Positions 14,377 to 26,702 of a stretch of DNA of 64,000 bases are shown here, piece by piece. Below the pieces are notes generated by a model. It did not search any database. It saw only the letters and a list, made by a program, of their open reading frames with translations, and was not told where the DNA came from. This DNA is from Lingula anatina (taxonomy: Eukaryota; Animalia; Brachiopoda), in assembly GCA_051362555.1 (NCBI GenBank), contig CM120640.1:39038788-39102787 (forward strand), read 5' to 3'. Every line of letters starts with the position of its first letter. The first letter of the stretch is position 1. Position numbers and translations under genes: made by a program.

Positions 14377-14559
14377 TAGCACGAAATCCGTGCGTTAGCC
14401 TTCCTATTTACAGTTTCTGATAGCGTATACATCAGGAACCTTGAAAAGGAGTTCTAACGCATAAATTTGGGGCACTTTTGCAGTAGGTATATTTTCCCCA
14501 CCCTTGTACTCTTTAATTTTTAGAGGGGAAATACTGCAAAAGTGACAAATTTCGTGCTA
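14377..14559. mobile_element. Small palindromic MITE (TAGCACGAAA...TTTCGTGCTA family)
   Basis: Terminal inverted repeats. A related copy lies at 44085-44210, and a nested palindrome cacttttgcagta...tactgcaaaagtg sits inside. Confidence 0.6.
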
Positions 14560-14682
14560 AGGGCCCGCATTTGAAACTGTCACATTCTTTTTTCTAAGTG
14601 CAGGAAAACAGCTGTTTGTACTTTTTTTTACTAAGAATAATACAAGACATTGAATCTAAATGCAAGCAGTGGTTCATGAGTA

Positions 14683-15345
14683 CCGGTGTAGCATGAAAAC
14701 CTGACTCCCCTAAATTGTGATCCCCAGTCAAATCTTCATAATGAAAATGTGACTCCCCCCCCCCCCAATGAAATTTTGACTCCCCCCCCCCCCTACAAAA
14801 ATAATTTACCATCAAACTTTCAAATATTTCCAATTTATTCTTCATTAAGTATACTAAAAGGGAAAATCTTGAAATGATCACCAAATGTCAAATAAATAGC
14901 TTTCTCAAAGGAGATCATTGGGTGGTAGAATACACATTTTTAATTTTATTTTTCATGATTTTTAAATTTTTCCCCTTTATATTTTACAATCAAACTTTCA
15001 AAAATATCCAATATATTCTTTATCAAGTATACTAAAAAGAAAGATGTTGAACTGATCACCAAATATCAAGTAAATAGCTTTTTCATAGGGGAGTCATGGG
15101 GTGGTAAAATACACATTTTAAATTTATTTTCTCATGAAAATTTTCACCTGCAAACTAACAAAAAGTGCCAATGAATCCCTCATTATGTATACCACAAGAT
15201 AAAAGTGAGTCAAAAAAGTATTCCTAAAGTTTTGTAGGGGGTGGGGGTAGGGAGTCTAAATTTCACGGGGGAAGTCAGCTTTTCATTATGAAATTTTGAC
15301 TGGGGAGTCACAATTTAGGGGAGTCAGGTTTTCATGTAACACCCG
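14683..15345. mobile_element. Non-autonomous DNA transposon (MITE) with ~80 bp TIRs and TA target duplication, in the TRPV copy 1 intron
   Basis: ta|ccggtgtagcatgaaaacctgactcccctaaattgtga ... tcacaatttaggggagtcaggttttcatgtaacacccg|ta, plus internal ~180 bp direct repeats. Confidence 0.85.
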
Positions 15346-17967
15346 TACTAGAAATTTGATTTTGCGGAGATAGCTCGAATAGTGTATCAATAATATAATA
15401 CTGTAAAAACTTTTCGCGAAAAATACCATACTTAACTAATTTTTCTGGGTGGAACGGTGTCCATTCCGGTTAGAAAACCCGATAAAATGGCGAGAGACCG
15501 GAAAAGAAGCACTTAAATAGTCTGTGTTGACAATGAGGTGTCACGTTGGACAAATTCTCAAAAATATCACGTACGAAGCGACAAATAAATAGTTTTTTAA
15601 AGAATTTACTTTGCAGTTTGCAAAGAAAAATCTTAAAAAACGCGCTTCAAAGCTCTTTAATAACATGATTGTGACCTGTTATTTCATTTATGTTAGATGC
15701 AATTTATGTTGAGATGGTGAGGTTTTTAGATACTTATTTATTTCATATTTACTTTTGTCCTAAAATTGCTATGCATGTTCACTTTGATTGAGCATCGTGA
15801 TTAGCATGAGCTCGGGCGAATCAAGCAAATGTATGAAAAGTCCTTTTACACACTTCTAATCGATTTCAGGGGTGACCATAGTGGTCTAAGGGCAATGTTT
15901 CCAGACCCATCGCCGCAAAATGATCAAACCCATGCAGATGAGAATGCCCCTCAACCGACAAGCGTTCGATCTGGCAAACCGAAAACGTGCCGCAATTTAC
16001 CTTTTCTAGGCTCTAGCAGCAGAGTACACCCCGAATCTCAAGGCGACAGGGTAAACAAAGGCACAGCAGAGAATTTACTCTTTCAATCGTATCCAAGCAC
16101 CAAAGATAACTGTATGAAAGGGGCATTGTTGGAGGGTGGCCTTCCGCTTATCGTTGCCGCCTGTAACGTAGCCTTACCCGAGGAAACTCAGAAAGAAATA
16201 ATCGACATTTTAATGGAAAAAGCAAACAACATATTTACCCCCGAAAAAATAGAGGATTTGTTCTCCCTAAAGAAAAATAAGAAAAGTAACAATGTGTTTC
16301 ACGAACTGGTCCGTCTGTCTACCCAGCCCTGGGTGGAACTGCTTTTCACTGAGGAAAACCTGGAGAACTCACTTTTCATTCCTAGGTCACCACTGAAAAA
16401 CGAAAGTACTTTTATGATGATGGAGGAACCAAAATCTGCTAGACCATTATGTATTGATAGGATAAAGGCGATTATGAATCACATTGTTAACAAATCTTGT
16501 GAACTTTGGGATAAAAAAGCGAAAAAAGATGTTATCCTTTTTCAGCCCAATGACAAGGGATACACTCCTTTAGAACTGGCCGTACAAGACGGGGCTGTGC
16601 ATTTAGCCTGCTATCTGTTGGATTTAGAAAACGTTCATAAAGTACCTGCAAATTCTGAATGTCCTGACAAGCGCCTTGTGCATCAAGATTTCGTTTACAG
16701 ACTGGCACCTTTGAAAGAGATAACGGAGGATCTTAAAGTAGTGCAACGGTTTGATGAACTATTTGTCCGTAAAGATGGCGCCTTGTCGCTGATGGAGTGC
16801 ATCACCGTGAATAAGGGGGCAAAAGCCATGGAGTTTGTTAACATCGTGCCACTGAGCCATGCTATAGCCGAGCAATGGAGTAGATGTTTAAAAATCCATG
16901 TGATCTGGGGACTTGTTCATTTTCTAACAGCAGTAGCATTGTCTGTGTGTGCTAGTTTCCGCCCCAGTAGAGCTGAGGTTGCTTATATAAGCCGGGCTGG
17001 GACTACGCGCGAGTGTCCACCGAAATCGTGGTCGTGTTGTATGCCTTGGTTCTTCTTTTCATCGAACTATATGCTCTCGCCCAGAAGGGCGCGTTGGAAA
17101 ATTCTATCAAGATGATCTGGAAAGCACGATCAAATGAGCGTTATTCTGTCGTTTTTATTTTATACTCGATTTTCACCATTACAGCGACAGTTCTGCGTGT
17201 CGCTGCATATGCTTACGAAGAAATATTCTTGACTATCGCCGTTATTTTGAGTTGGTGGTCTTTCATCCATTTTCTAAGGCCTTTTAAGCGGTTAGCTTTT
17301 TATACAGTAATGATACAAAAAGTAATGTTCAAAGACATTTTTCGCTTTTCTGTGCTTTTCTTGTTCCAGTTGGTAGGTTTCACGACAGCATTCCAAGTAA
17401 TGTTTGAAGGTGTAGAAAATCCTCCAGAAGAATTTTCTTCTTTCGGGCATATCGTGTTTCACTTATTTAAAGTAACTATTGGCTTAGGTGATGTAACTCT
17501 TATGGAGGAGGTTAGTTATCCATGGTTTGGCGTTATCCTCTTTGCCATATTTGTCTTGATAAGCTATCTACTGCTATTTAATATGGTGATTGCCATGATG
17601 TCAGAGACAGTGCGGCTTGTCGCAGAAAACCGCAAACTTCAATGGCGGCTTCAACAGCTCCACGTTTCAATCTTCATAGAAAGACGATTGTTGCCAAAGT
17701 TTCGGCGAAATTGCATGGTCATCATCGACCAACCTTGTATACCATCTACTGTAAGAAACTGAAGCGAATCACCGAAAAGAAAAAGAAAATAAAATATACA
17801 TGTACATTACAAAGTAAAAAAAAGACAGTAGGCCTTCTTGTCATATAGTTACATTTCCTTTGAGGATTAGCCTAGAAATTATGTTTGCACAACGCAATCA
17901 CGCAAAACATTTTTCAGGGTAAAGTTGTATTTTTATCTAGTGTAATAGTTGTAAGACGACGCATTAA

Positions 17968-18269
17968 AGTGATAACAACTCTTTATATGAGATTCAAAGT
18001 TCCACAATAAATATATTGTAAAAGACACATAAAAACAAATTCCATTTTACCACAAAAAAATGTGGACCTTCATAGATGGCTTCTCTCCGTTAAAATCCCC
18101 TGAAAAATTATTACACGCGCGCGCGCACACACACACACACACACACTGGACTTACTCTGAATGTGGGAACAGAGTCATTAACCATTGGTAATTTTGGGAA
18201 AATCCTGGTTTACTCCGGGAAATCCAATTTATGGCACTTTTCCCGCCAAAAGGAAGGGTTGTTATCCCT
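17968..18269. mobile_element. Kolobok-like MITE (AGGGATAATAACT family) with TTAA flanks
   Basis: ttaa|agtgataacaact...ggttgttatccct|ttaa; homologous to the copies at 47905-48242 and 59446-59751. Confidence 0.65.
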
Positions 18270-18479
18270 TTAACACCTGTGAATGGAATGTTATTTGACT
18301 ACTTAAAAATATTAAATCTATCATACAGACGTCTGGAGAGAGAAGCTTTAAGTTTAGCATATGAATGAATGTGAATGAAATTTGCACGATTTAGCTTCAG
18401 GCATCTCACCTGCAGGGGGGTCCAGATTCCGGGTTTTACAATTCGAAAGCATCGCAAATTACGACCGCACAAAAGCTTG

Positions 18480-21005
18480 TAGTCCGGTTGCTTAGGGCAA
18501 AAAAAAAAAAAAAAAAAATGGCCAAATCGTGACATGGCGGATAAAAGCACCAAATTTTGCATGTGGGTACCTTTTGACATACTAAATCAAATTAGAGCCG
18601 TAGCCCACGGAAAAAATTTACCATTTGGCCTAAAATCCAAAATGGCCGCCAATTTGTGAAATTCTGTAGAAATATATACATACCTATGTTGATTTTTATC
18701 AAATTAAGTATTTTCTCAATGTTTTCCACATCCTTATTACCCATATTATGCATATGTGTCAGGTAACAAAGTAGTGTCCTTGGACTTTTTGAAAAAATCC
18801 AAGATGGCCGCCATATGGCATAGGAATACTAGATCTTGTACACAGGTTTTCAACTAACTAATGCCAACTAGGAAGATGCATTGCCCACTATCTAATTGTT
18901 TCTTATTACACAAATAATATATTTGTGGTGAGTAATTAACCTTTATTCTCAGGCATTTCGAGGAAAATCCAAGATGGCCGCCATATCAAAGGAATACTAG
19001 TAAAAACATAGGGCTTCTTCTGCCATGGAGATATAATATTAATTGATAAATTAGGTTTGTTTTTGAGTATTTTCCACATCTTTTTAATTCACGTAATATA
19101 TATATGATGAGAATGTTATGTGTATCCTTTTTGAAAAGAAAACAAAACAAAATGGCTGCCATTAGCCATAGAAGGTGGGGTTCAGTTAATACCTGTGGCA
19201 GATAGGCTTACATATAAAATGAAGCTGAATTCAATTGTTATTCTGTTTTTTCAGTATTATTTTCCCATGATACATATCTGTTAGGTAATTAATGTCCATA
19301 TTTTATCATTTTGGGGAAATCCAAGATGGCCTTTTCCCCATAGGAAAACTGGTGCATTAGATTTTATAGGCACTTCTAAGGCAAATGAGGGTAATCATGA
19401 TATTTTGTCAAAATACTTAAGGGTATACACATGTTACCCACCAGATAGATATCTCAAAGCCCAAAAAGAATGTGGGAAATACCAAGAAACAAAATTAATT
19501 TTACATTGAACCCAATGTCTCTCTGGCAGTAGTTGACTGTACTATTCCTATTGTGAATTGCAGCAATCTTTTGTTTTTTTCTCAAATGCGCAAGATGCAC
19601 ACTTGCTACACACCAGATTTATATAGAGTAAGGTTAATAAGGATGTCAACATGTTTGAACATCAAACGGCTTTATTTCATGTTGGAATCAATGCCTGAAC
19701 TGTTCCATTAATTGACACCTATTTGCATTTGAATGATATATTCCTATAACAACTGGCAGCTATCTTGGGTTTTCTCCGAATAATACTCAAGGATACATAC
19801 ACTTTCTACACACACGGAGTCTTTCATAAGGATAAATAGGATATGAAAAACATTTAAAAATTATCTTAAGTTAACTGCATTTAAATTGTACTCATTGTAT
19901 CTCTGGCATTATTTGATTATGTGTTCGAATATTCTAATGACAAAAGGCAGACATCTTGAATTTTTTCCAGAATACCCAAAGATACACACATGCTACAGAC
20001 CAGGATGTACACTATTTACCCACCAGATATATATCATAGGACTAATAAAGATGGGCAAAACATGATAAGCAAACACAATTTCACCCTGGTAGTAGATGAA
20101 AAGCCATGGATGTGCAGTTGTAATTCCAGTGTTCCTATGTTCCTATGGCCAATGACGTCCATCTTGGATTTTCTCAAAATGATCAAATATGCACATTTAT
20201 TACCTGCTAGATATATATCACAATGTAATAATTATCTGTAAAACACTAAAAAAAATAAATAAACTGAATTTGATAGTGAATTAGCTGGCATTAGTTCCAA
20301 CCCTTTGTAACACTAGAAGTATTCCTATGACATATGGCGGCCATCTTGGATTTTCTCAAATGCCCAGGAATACATGTTAGTTACTCACCACATACATATT
20401 GTGTGGGTGGAAAGGATGTGGAAAACACCCAGAAACAAACTTAATTTGATAGTGGAAAATTAATCTTTCCAGTTGCCATTAGTTGAATCCCCCGTATACT
20501 AGAATTCCTGTGGCGCATGGCAGCCATCTTGGATTTTCCGAAATGCCCAAGAACACTTTGTAGTTACTCACCACAAACATATTATGTGGGTAACAAAAAT
20601 CTGAGAAGCAGACTTAATTTGATAGTGGACAACGTATCTGTCTAGCTGGTATTAGTTGTGCACTAGTATTCCTATGGCTGTTTCGATGGCATATGACAGC
20701 CATCTTGGATTTTTTCAAAAAGTCCAAGGGAACTAGTTTGCTATCTGACATATATGAATAAAATGGGTAATAAGGGTGTGGAAAACTCTGAGTAAATAAT
20801 TTATTTGATAAAAATCAACATAGATATGTACACATTTCTATAGAATTCCATAAATTGGCGGCCATTTTGGATTTTTTGGCCAAACGGTAATTTTTTTCCG
20901 TGGGCTACGGCTCTAATTTGATTTAGTATGTCAAAAGGTACCCACATGCAAAATTTAGTGCTTTTATCCGCCGTGTCACGATTTTTTCCTTAAGCCACCG
21001 GACTA
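18480..21005. mobile_element. 2.5 kb non-autonomous foldback DNA transposon, Academ-like (TAG...CTA ends, 3-bp TSD TTG)
   Basis: ttg|tagtccggttgcttag ... cttaagccaccggacta|ttg. Near-perfect inverted arms over 300 bp, internal ~180 bp subunits with an AAATCCAAGATGGCCGCCAT core, and no transposase ORF. Confidence 0.85.
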
Positions 21006-22549
21006 TTGGCGATCAATCGCTATTTGCCATAGCGATTGCAACTACCTGCTGACTCCAAGCCTTAGCAAACGAACGATACTAGAGTTTGATCGCCGCATAA
21101 AGTGAAGACGTCCTGACACAACTACACATAATGTAATTTTATTTGTTGTATTTTAATACAATTTTAATAGGAAATTTATAGGAATATCACAATTCCAAAT
21201 GCTGGTATATGAAGTGTTTGACACCAATATAATGTCAAAAACAATTTAATAAGCGAAGTGCACGTGTTATTATTATGTGAAATTGTTTACAAATGAGGAC
21301 CTCACAGATGTAAATATAAGTATTTCTTCAAGTACTTCTTGCGGACTCGGTTCCCACCCTCCAGGATTGCCTTCTCCCCCTGGTGCCACCTAGGTCATCT
21401 GTATTGTTGTGACTGTTTTTGATTAATTTCAAAATATTAATCTGAATTTGCAGGCCATCTCCTTACCAGTCTCTAGTGTTATACTGATGAAATATTTGTT
21501 TGTGAGCATACTGTTAAAGAAAAAAGTGATTCTAACTGGAGTATTGACAATTCCAAGAAAAATACCTCTGACACAATACACATCACCGTATATAACCTCA
21601 ATTTGTCAATAAATATTGAATGTGGATAACAGAATAATGAATCCAAATTCAAGCAAATCACTTCTGCTAACTGTTTATTCGGGCATACCTCCAAGTCTTT
21701 TTTTAATCCTAACAAAAAGGAATTGAATCTACTGTAAACATTCCACTGACTTTGTATGCTCGCTATTGGTTTTCCACTTCAACCCGGCATTGATCGATTC
21801 TTGCATTGACTGTTTGTGTCCTAACAATAGGGTCGATTTGTTGTATTGTTGAGTTAACCCGCACAGTTCAATAAGAAATAAAATGGCAGCTAAAGTTTGG
21901 TTAGAAAGTTAGAGGTTTAGCAGCTGTAAATTTCGTTTTTATCCCCTTGTGCGAGTATGTGAACAATCAGATACTGCTGCGCCATTGTTCTTAAACCATC
22001 TGTCGGGTTTTCGCCTTAAATAACCTTTGTACAGGTAGGACCTACGTCACCGTCATTTCCAAAGACCCTTAATCCCATTCTTTTCATATGCTAAATAGAT
22101 GTAAAAGGTTAACAAATTGCCAGCAAGCAAAAATTGAAAAGGCTTTTGTTTAATTGTTTCATTGCAGTTGAATTAAACATTTCAATCGCGACATTAAACT
22201 TTCTCTGAATTATTAATCGTGCCTTGTGTGTGTGTGTGTCAACGCATTATAAAGGCACATAATATTTAGCAACCATAGAAAGACTGTTGTTTACGTAACA
22301 CTATAGTTAGAAAGCGACATCATGGCACATTAAGGATCGCACAAGTGGACGTTGTCATGTGAATCGAGGATTAAATAATCTAATCGAATAACGCGAATCA
22401 GTACGGGTGGAAAGCTCGATCGATGTGTCTACTGCGACTCTAATGTATGTTATCAGAATCTCCAGTGGGACTCAGGTCCGATAGCCTTATCGTACAGAAG
22501 TTATTGAACGGTACCTGGTCGGCCGATAAAAACATTGGGTTTAACAGAG

Positions 22550-24936
22550 ATGGGGGTCACAAACCAGCGAGACGATTTTTTCGAATATATATTAAGGTAA
22601 ATATGGATAAGGGAACTTAGTTTTGACTGTGTTAGTTTCGGCTCGTTTGAACGTCTACCTAATAATTAGTTAGGCTTCCCTTAAACTGGTTAAAATGTGT
22701 ATTGTACAGTGAAGTTGATATAAATTAGAAGATTGTTCTGCGTTATCAAGGATCAATGCGTGTTTACCTGGCTGCAGTTAGAAACAACTTTGTAATGACT
22801 GGAAAGAAAAGAATAACTTTTTACACACTTCTTATCGATTTCAGGGGTGATATTGACGGTCTGCAAGCAGTGTGTCAAAGCATCATCTCAAATAAAAAGA
22901 AAAACGAAAGCGGTGCAGTTGTACACATTGAGAATGATACTCAGCCGGCAAGCGGTCGGCCAAACGTGCCGCCTGCGCGCCGGAGATTACGTTACTCAGA
23001 CTCTAACAGTGTACACCCTGAATCTCAAGGCAACAGAGAAGACGAAGAAACGGACGGGAATTTATTATTCCAGCCGTATCCGAGCACCGAAGAAAACCCC
23101 ACAGAGGGGACATTGTTGGAAGGTGGCCTTCCGCTTGTCGTTGCCGCGTGTAACATAGCCTTACCCGAAAGAACTCAGAAAAAAATAATCGACATTTTAA
23201 TGGAAACGGCAAACGACATATTTACCGCCCAAAACATGGAGGATTTGTTTCCCCTGAAGTGGAATAAGAAAGGTAACAATGTGTTTCACGAACTGGTCCG
23301 TCTGTCTATTCAGCCTTGGGTCGAACTGCTCGTCCAAGGGAACACAATAGACTCTCTGGACAGCACAATTGTCTATCCCATGTCGCCACTAAAAAACGGA
23401 ACGACGTTTCTGTTTAACGAGGAACCAAAGACTGTCGTTAGACCATTATATATAGAAAGGATTCAAGCGATTATGAGGTACATTCTCAACAAACCTTGTA
23501 AACTCGACAAAGATGAAGTGAAAGAAGACGTCATTCTGTTTCAGCGCAATAAGAAGGGATACACACCTTTAGAACTGGCAGTAAAAGTTGGGTCTGTACA
23601 TTTAGCCTCCTATCTGTTAGAAATGGAGGACGTTCACAAGGTTAGGATGTCAGACGACTCGGAAAAATATAGGAACAAGCGCCTTGTGCATCGAGATTTC
23701 GTTTACAGACTGGCACCTTTGAAAGAAATAACGGAGGATCTTAAAGTAGAGCAAAGGTTTGATGAACTATTCGTCCGTAAAGACGGCGCCTTGTCACTGA
23801 TGGAGTGCATCACCGTGAATAAGGGGGCAAAAGCCATAGAGTTTGTCAACATCGTGCCCCTGAGCCATGCTATAGCCGATCAATGGGATAAACGTTTCAA
23901 GATCCATGTGATCTGGGGAATTGCTCATTTACTTACAACAGTAGCATTGTCTATATGTGCTAGTTTTCGTCCCGCTCCCATACTTCATGTGGATGAAGCT
24001 AATCATACATATCAACAGCTCAGTATTGATAAAGTCACTGACATTTACACGTCAGGCGGGGACTACGTGCGGGCTGCTTTTGAAATCGTGGTCGTCTTGT
24101 ATGCCATTGCTCTTCTCATCACCGAACTGGTTGTTCTCGTCCAGAAGGGAGTGTTTCGAAATTCTATCAAGATGCTCATGAAAGTACGAGCGAATGAGCG
24201 TTATTCAGTTGTATTTATTTTATACTCGATCTTCACCATTACAGCTGCAGTTCTACGTGCCGCCGCGTTTGACTACGAAGAAATATTCCTGACTATCGCC
24301 GTAATTTTGAGTTGGTGGTCCTTAATTCATTTTCTTAGACCTTTTAAGCGTTTTGCCTTGTACACAGTAATGATACAAAAAGTAATGTTCAGTGACATTT
24401 TTCGCTTTTCTTTGCTATTCTTGTTCCAGTTGGTAGGTTACACAACAGCATTCCAAGTAATGTTCGAGGGAGTAGAAAACCCTCCCGAAGAATATTCTTC
24501 CTTTAGTCAAATTATGTTTCACTTGTTCAAGATTACCATTGGCTTAGGTGATGTAGGCCTTCTGAATGAAGTTCGTTATCCAGGTTTAAGTATTGTCCTT
24601 TTTGTCTCATTTGTCTTGGTAAGCTATATATTTCTATTTAATATGGTGATTGCCATGATGTCAGAGACAGTGCGGGTAGTCGCAGAAAACCGCAAACTTC
24701 AATGGCGGCTTCAACAGCTCCACGTTTTAATCTTCATAGAAAGACGATTGTTGCCGAAGTTTCGGCGAAATTGCATGGTCATCATCGACCAACCTTGTAT
24801 ACCGTCTATTGTTAATGATGTTGAAAAAAGGTTGAGCGAACCACCGAAAGGGAAAAGAAAGAAAAAAGAGGGTAAAAAGAAAAAAGCCATCAATGACAGT
24901 GGTTACGGTTACTCTCCCTTGATGGACAGGCCTTAA
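22550..24936 (+). CDS. TRPV-type (vanilloid-like) cation channel, copy 2, intact, two coding exons
   Basis: Exon 1 22550-22596 MGVTNQRDDFFEYILR|gtaaat; exon 2 ~22845-24936 is one open frame. Ankyrin repeats, S4-S5 linker FLRPFKRFALYTVMIQKVMFSDIFRF, pore FHLFKITIGLGD, LFNMVIAMMSETV and TRP box WRLQ. Confidence 0.9.
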
Positions 24937-25709
24937 ATTAGATATTTAGATATAAAATTAAGGTATATGGTGCTGCATGTTCGGACGATGCGACTAGTGA
25001 CAGCAAAAATACTGGACCAAATATTTTTCCTTGTCAAACTGTATTATTATCCGAGTGTAATCAACTTTTATACATCGCAACTATGGTTGTATGGCGTATT
25101 AATAACTATGAATAAGATTAACTGACTTTGTTAGAATATTAAATCTATCATTATATACTTTTATATTCAAGAATAATGTAAATAAAATTTTGTAGCCTTA
25201 TGCTCTTCCACAATTTAGCAGTTTCTCGTCAGCACATTTTGACATCAGGGCCCCATGAAAATTGGCTCTTGAAACCATGTGTCTGTACAAAATGTGTTCC
25301 TTATACGTATTATGTCAATAAAAAACTCTATTCTCTAGCGTTTAGTTATTGGAGAATGGTTTTAGTTTCCATAAAACTCATGTATTGTCTTTTTTTATCT
25401 TCCTCCTCCATGTCAACATAGTCTGAACCTGATTTTTTCGGTAATTATTCCTGTTTCAAAATGAATGAATGAATGAATAATTATAACAATGATAATCAAT
25501 ACATCAATACATAGAAAACCTTTGGGTTTTATCTTTACCACTGTTAAAATACGGTGCGACGTTCTATAAAACAAATGCATCGTAACTCCGCGCAGAAGTA
25601 TTTTAAAACTGAATTTAAAGACGGTTCTTATTAATCACGAATAAACTATTATAATAATTATTACCATTATATACCAACATGTATATCACCAAAACAAAAG
25701 ACTGGGAGA

Positions 25710-26009
25710 TTAAAATGAGCCTTGCCTTTTCATTAAGTAAATTACACAAGTTACCACAAGTATTAAGGCTACCAGAGGAACCAATGTTCCCACGAAAACG
25801 TGTGATAAGCTACTTTTCCCTGTTGTGATGTTTTGAAGACTTGTAATTGTAACTGCTGTTAGATCAGTGTTGATCGTGGGCGTAAATGTTGACGTAAGCG
25901 CTGATGTAACTGTATCTGTCGTTAATGTTGTTGAATCTTTCGTTGCTGCTATTATTTTTTCTGTCCTAACGTCTGTTATGGAACTTGTGGCAATCGGCTT
26001 TCCCTTTTT
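25710..26009 (-). pseudogene. Isolated exon-like segment encoding a Thr-rich stalk and transmembrane helix
   Basis: ATG-less open frame after a tag acceptor: KKGKPIATSSITDVRTEK...TTLTTDTVTSALTSTFTPT...HVFVGTLVPLVALILVVTCVIYLMKRQGSF*. Confidence 0.5.
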
Positions 26010-26702
26010 CTACCAGACAACATTTTGTGTTAAGTGCAGTATACCAAAAAGTGCATGATGATCGTATTTTTATTTTTATCTATTTGTGAACGTGTATTAA
26101 AGTAAATGAGATTTGATATCTCGTCTGGTATCGCTGTGCTCAGCGATTGGACCAGAAAAAAAAATATCAGCTTGTAAAGATGCAAGGGTAGGCCTATAAT
26201 TATTTAATTTCTGAAACCGTGGAGAGCACTAAGTCTAGCATTATCGGCTGCATAAAAACGTGCCGGGCCTTAACCAGAGAAAGATAACGAAATCTTTCAG
26301 ATAAATACGGTTTTCTAGAGAGATTTTTTTTATCTTTAATGTTGATTCACAAAAGCCAGCTTAGATAAAAAAAATCAGTTTTCGGGTCAAACTATCAATA
26401 TTTATGAAATTATTTCTTCAAAAAGGGAAAAAACGTTTTAACAATTGAAACAATTAAATTTTTATAGAAGATTTTTCTCGAAGCTTTCTTAAGATAATCT
26501 TCAAGATATTTGTCATAATGAACGTAAGATTGACTCAGTCGTAACTGACTGCAAATTAGGTTGCTTTTAGTCCGTCTTTGAAAGTGGCGCCGTCCATGTC
26601 GCGTGTTGGAACCTCACCAAGTTTTGGTCTCGTTATGGTGGATGCTTAACACATCAGTAAATGAAAGCTGAAAATGAGGCAATAACGAGGATATCGTTCA
26701 AG

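Larger units (their letters stand above)
14088..17762 (+). pseudogene. TRPV-type cation channel, copy 1 (frameshifted; pseudogene or sequence error)
   Basis: Exon 1 14088-14197 (MASTSG...EFFQFILR|gtaaat) splices to tttcag|GGGTGAC at ~15870. Ankyrin-like motifs GYTPLELAV and NNVFHELV, six TM segments, pore FKVTIGLGD, S6-TRP box LFNMVIAMMSETV..QWRLQ. The frame shifts at ~17000 (ORFs 15829-17115 and 17013-17762), and the C-terminus ends early relative to copy 2. Confidence 0.8.

Noticed and set aside
22756-22844. ORF-track N-termini of the TRPV ORFs (also 15829-15869)
   Set aside because: Intronic read-through; both copies have a conserved tttcag acceptor and a matching upstream exon ending ILR|gtaaat.
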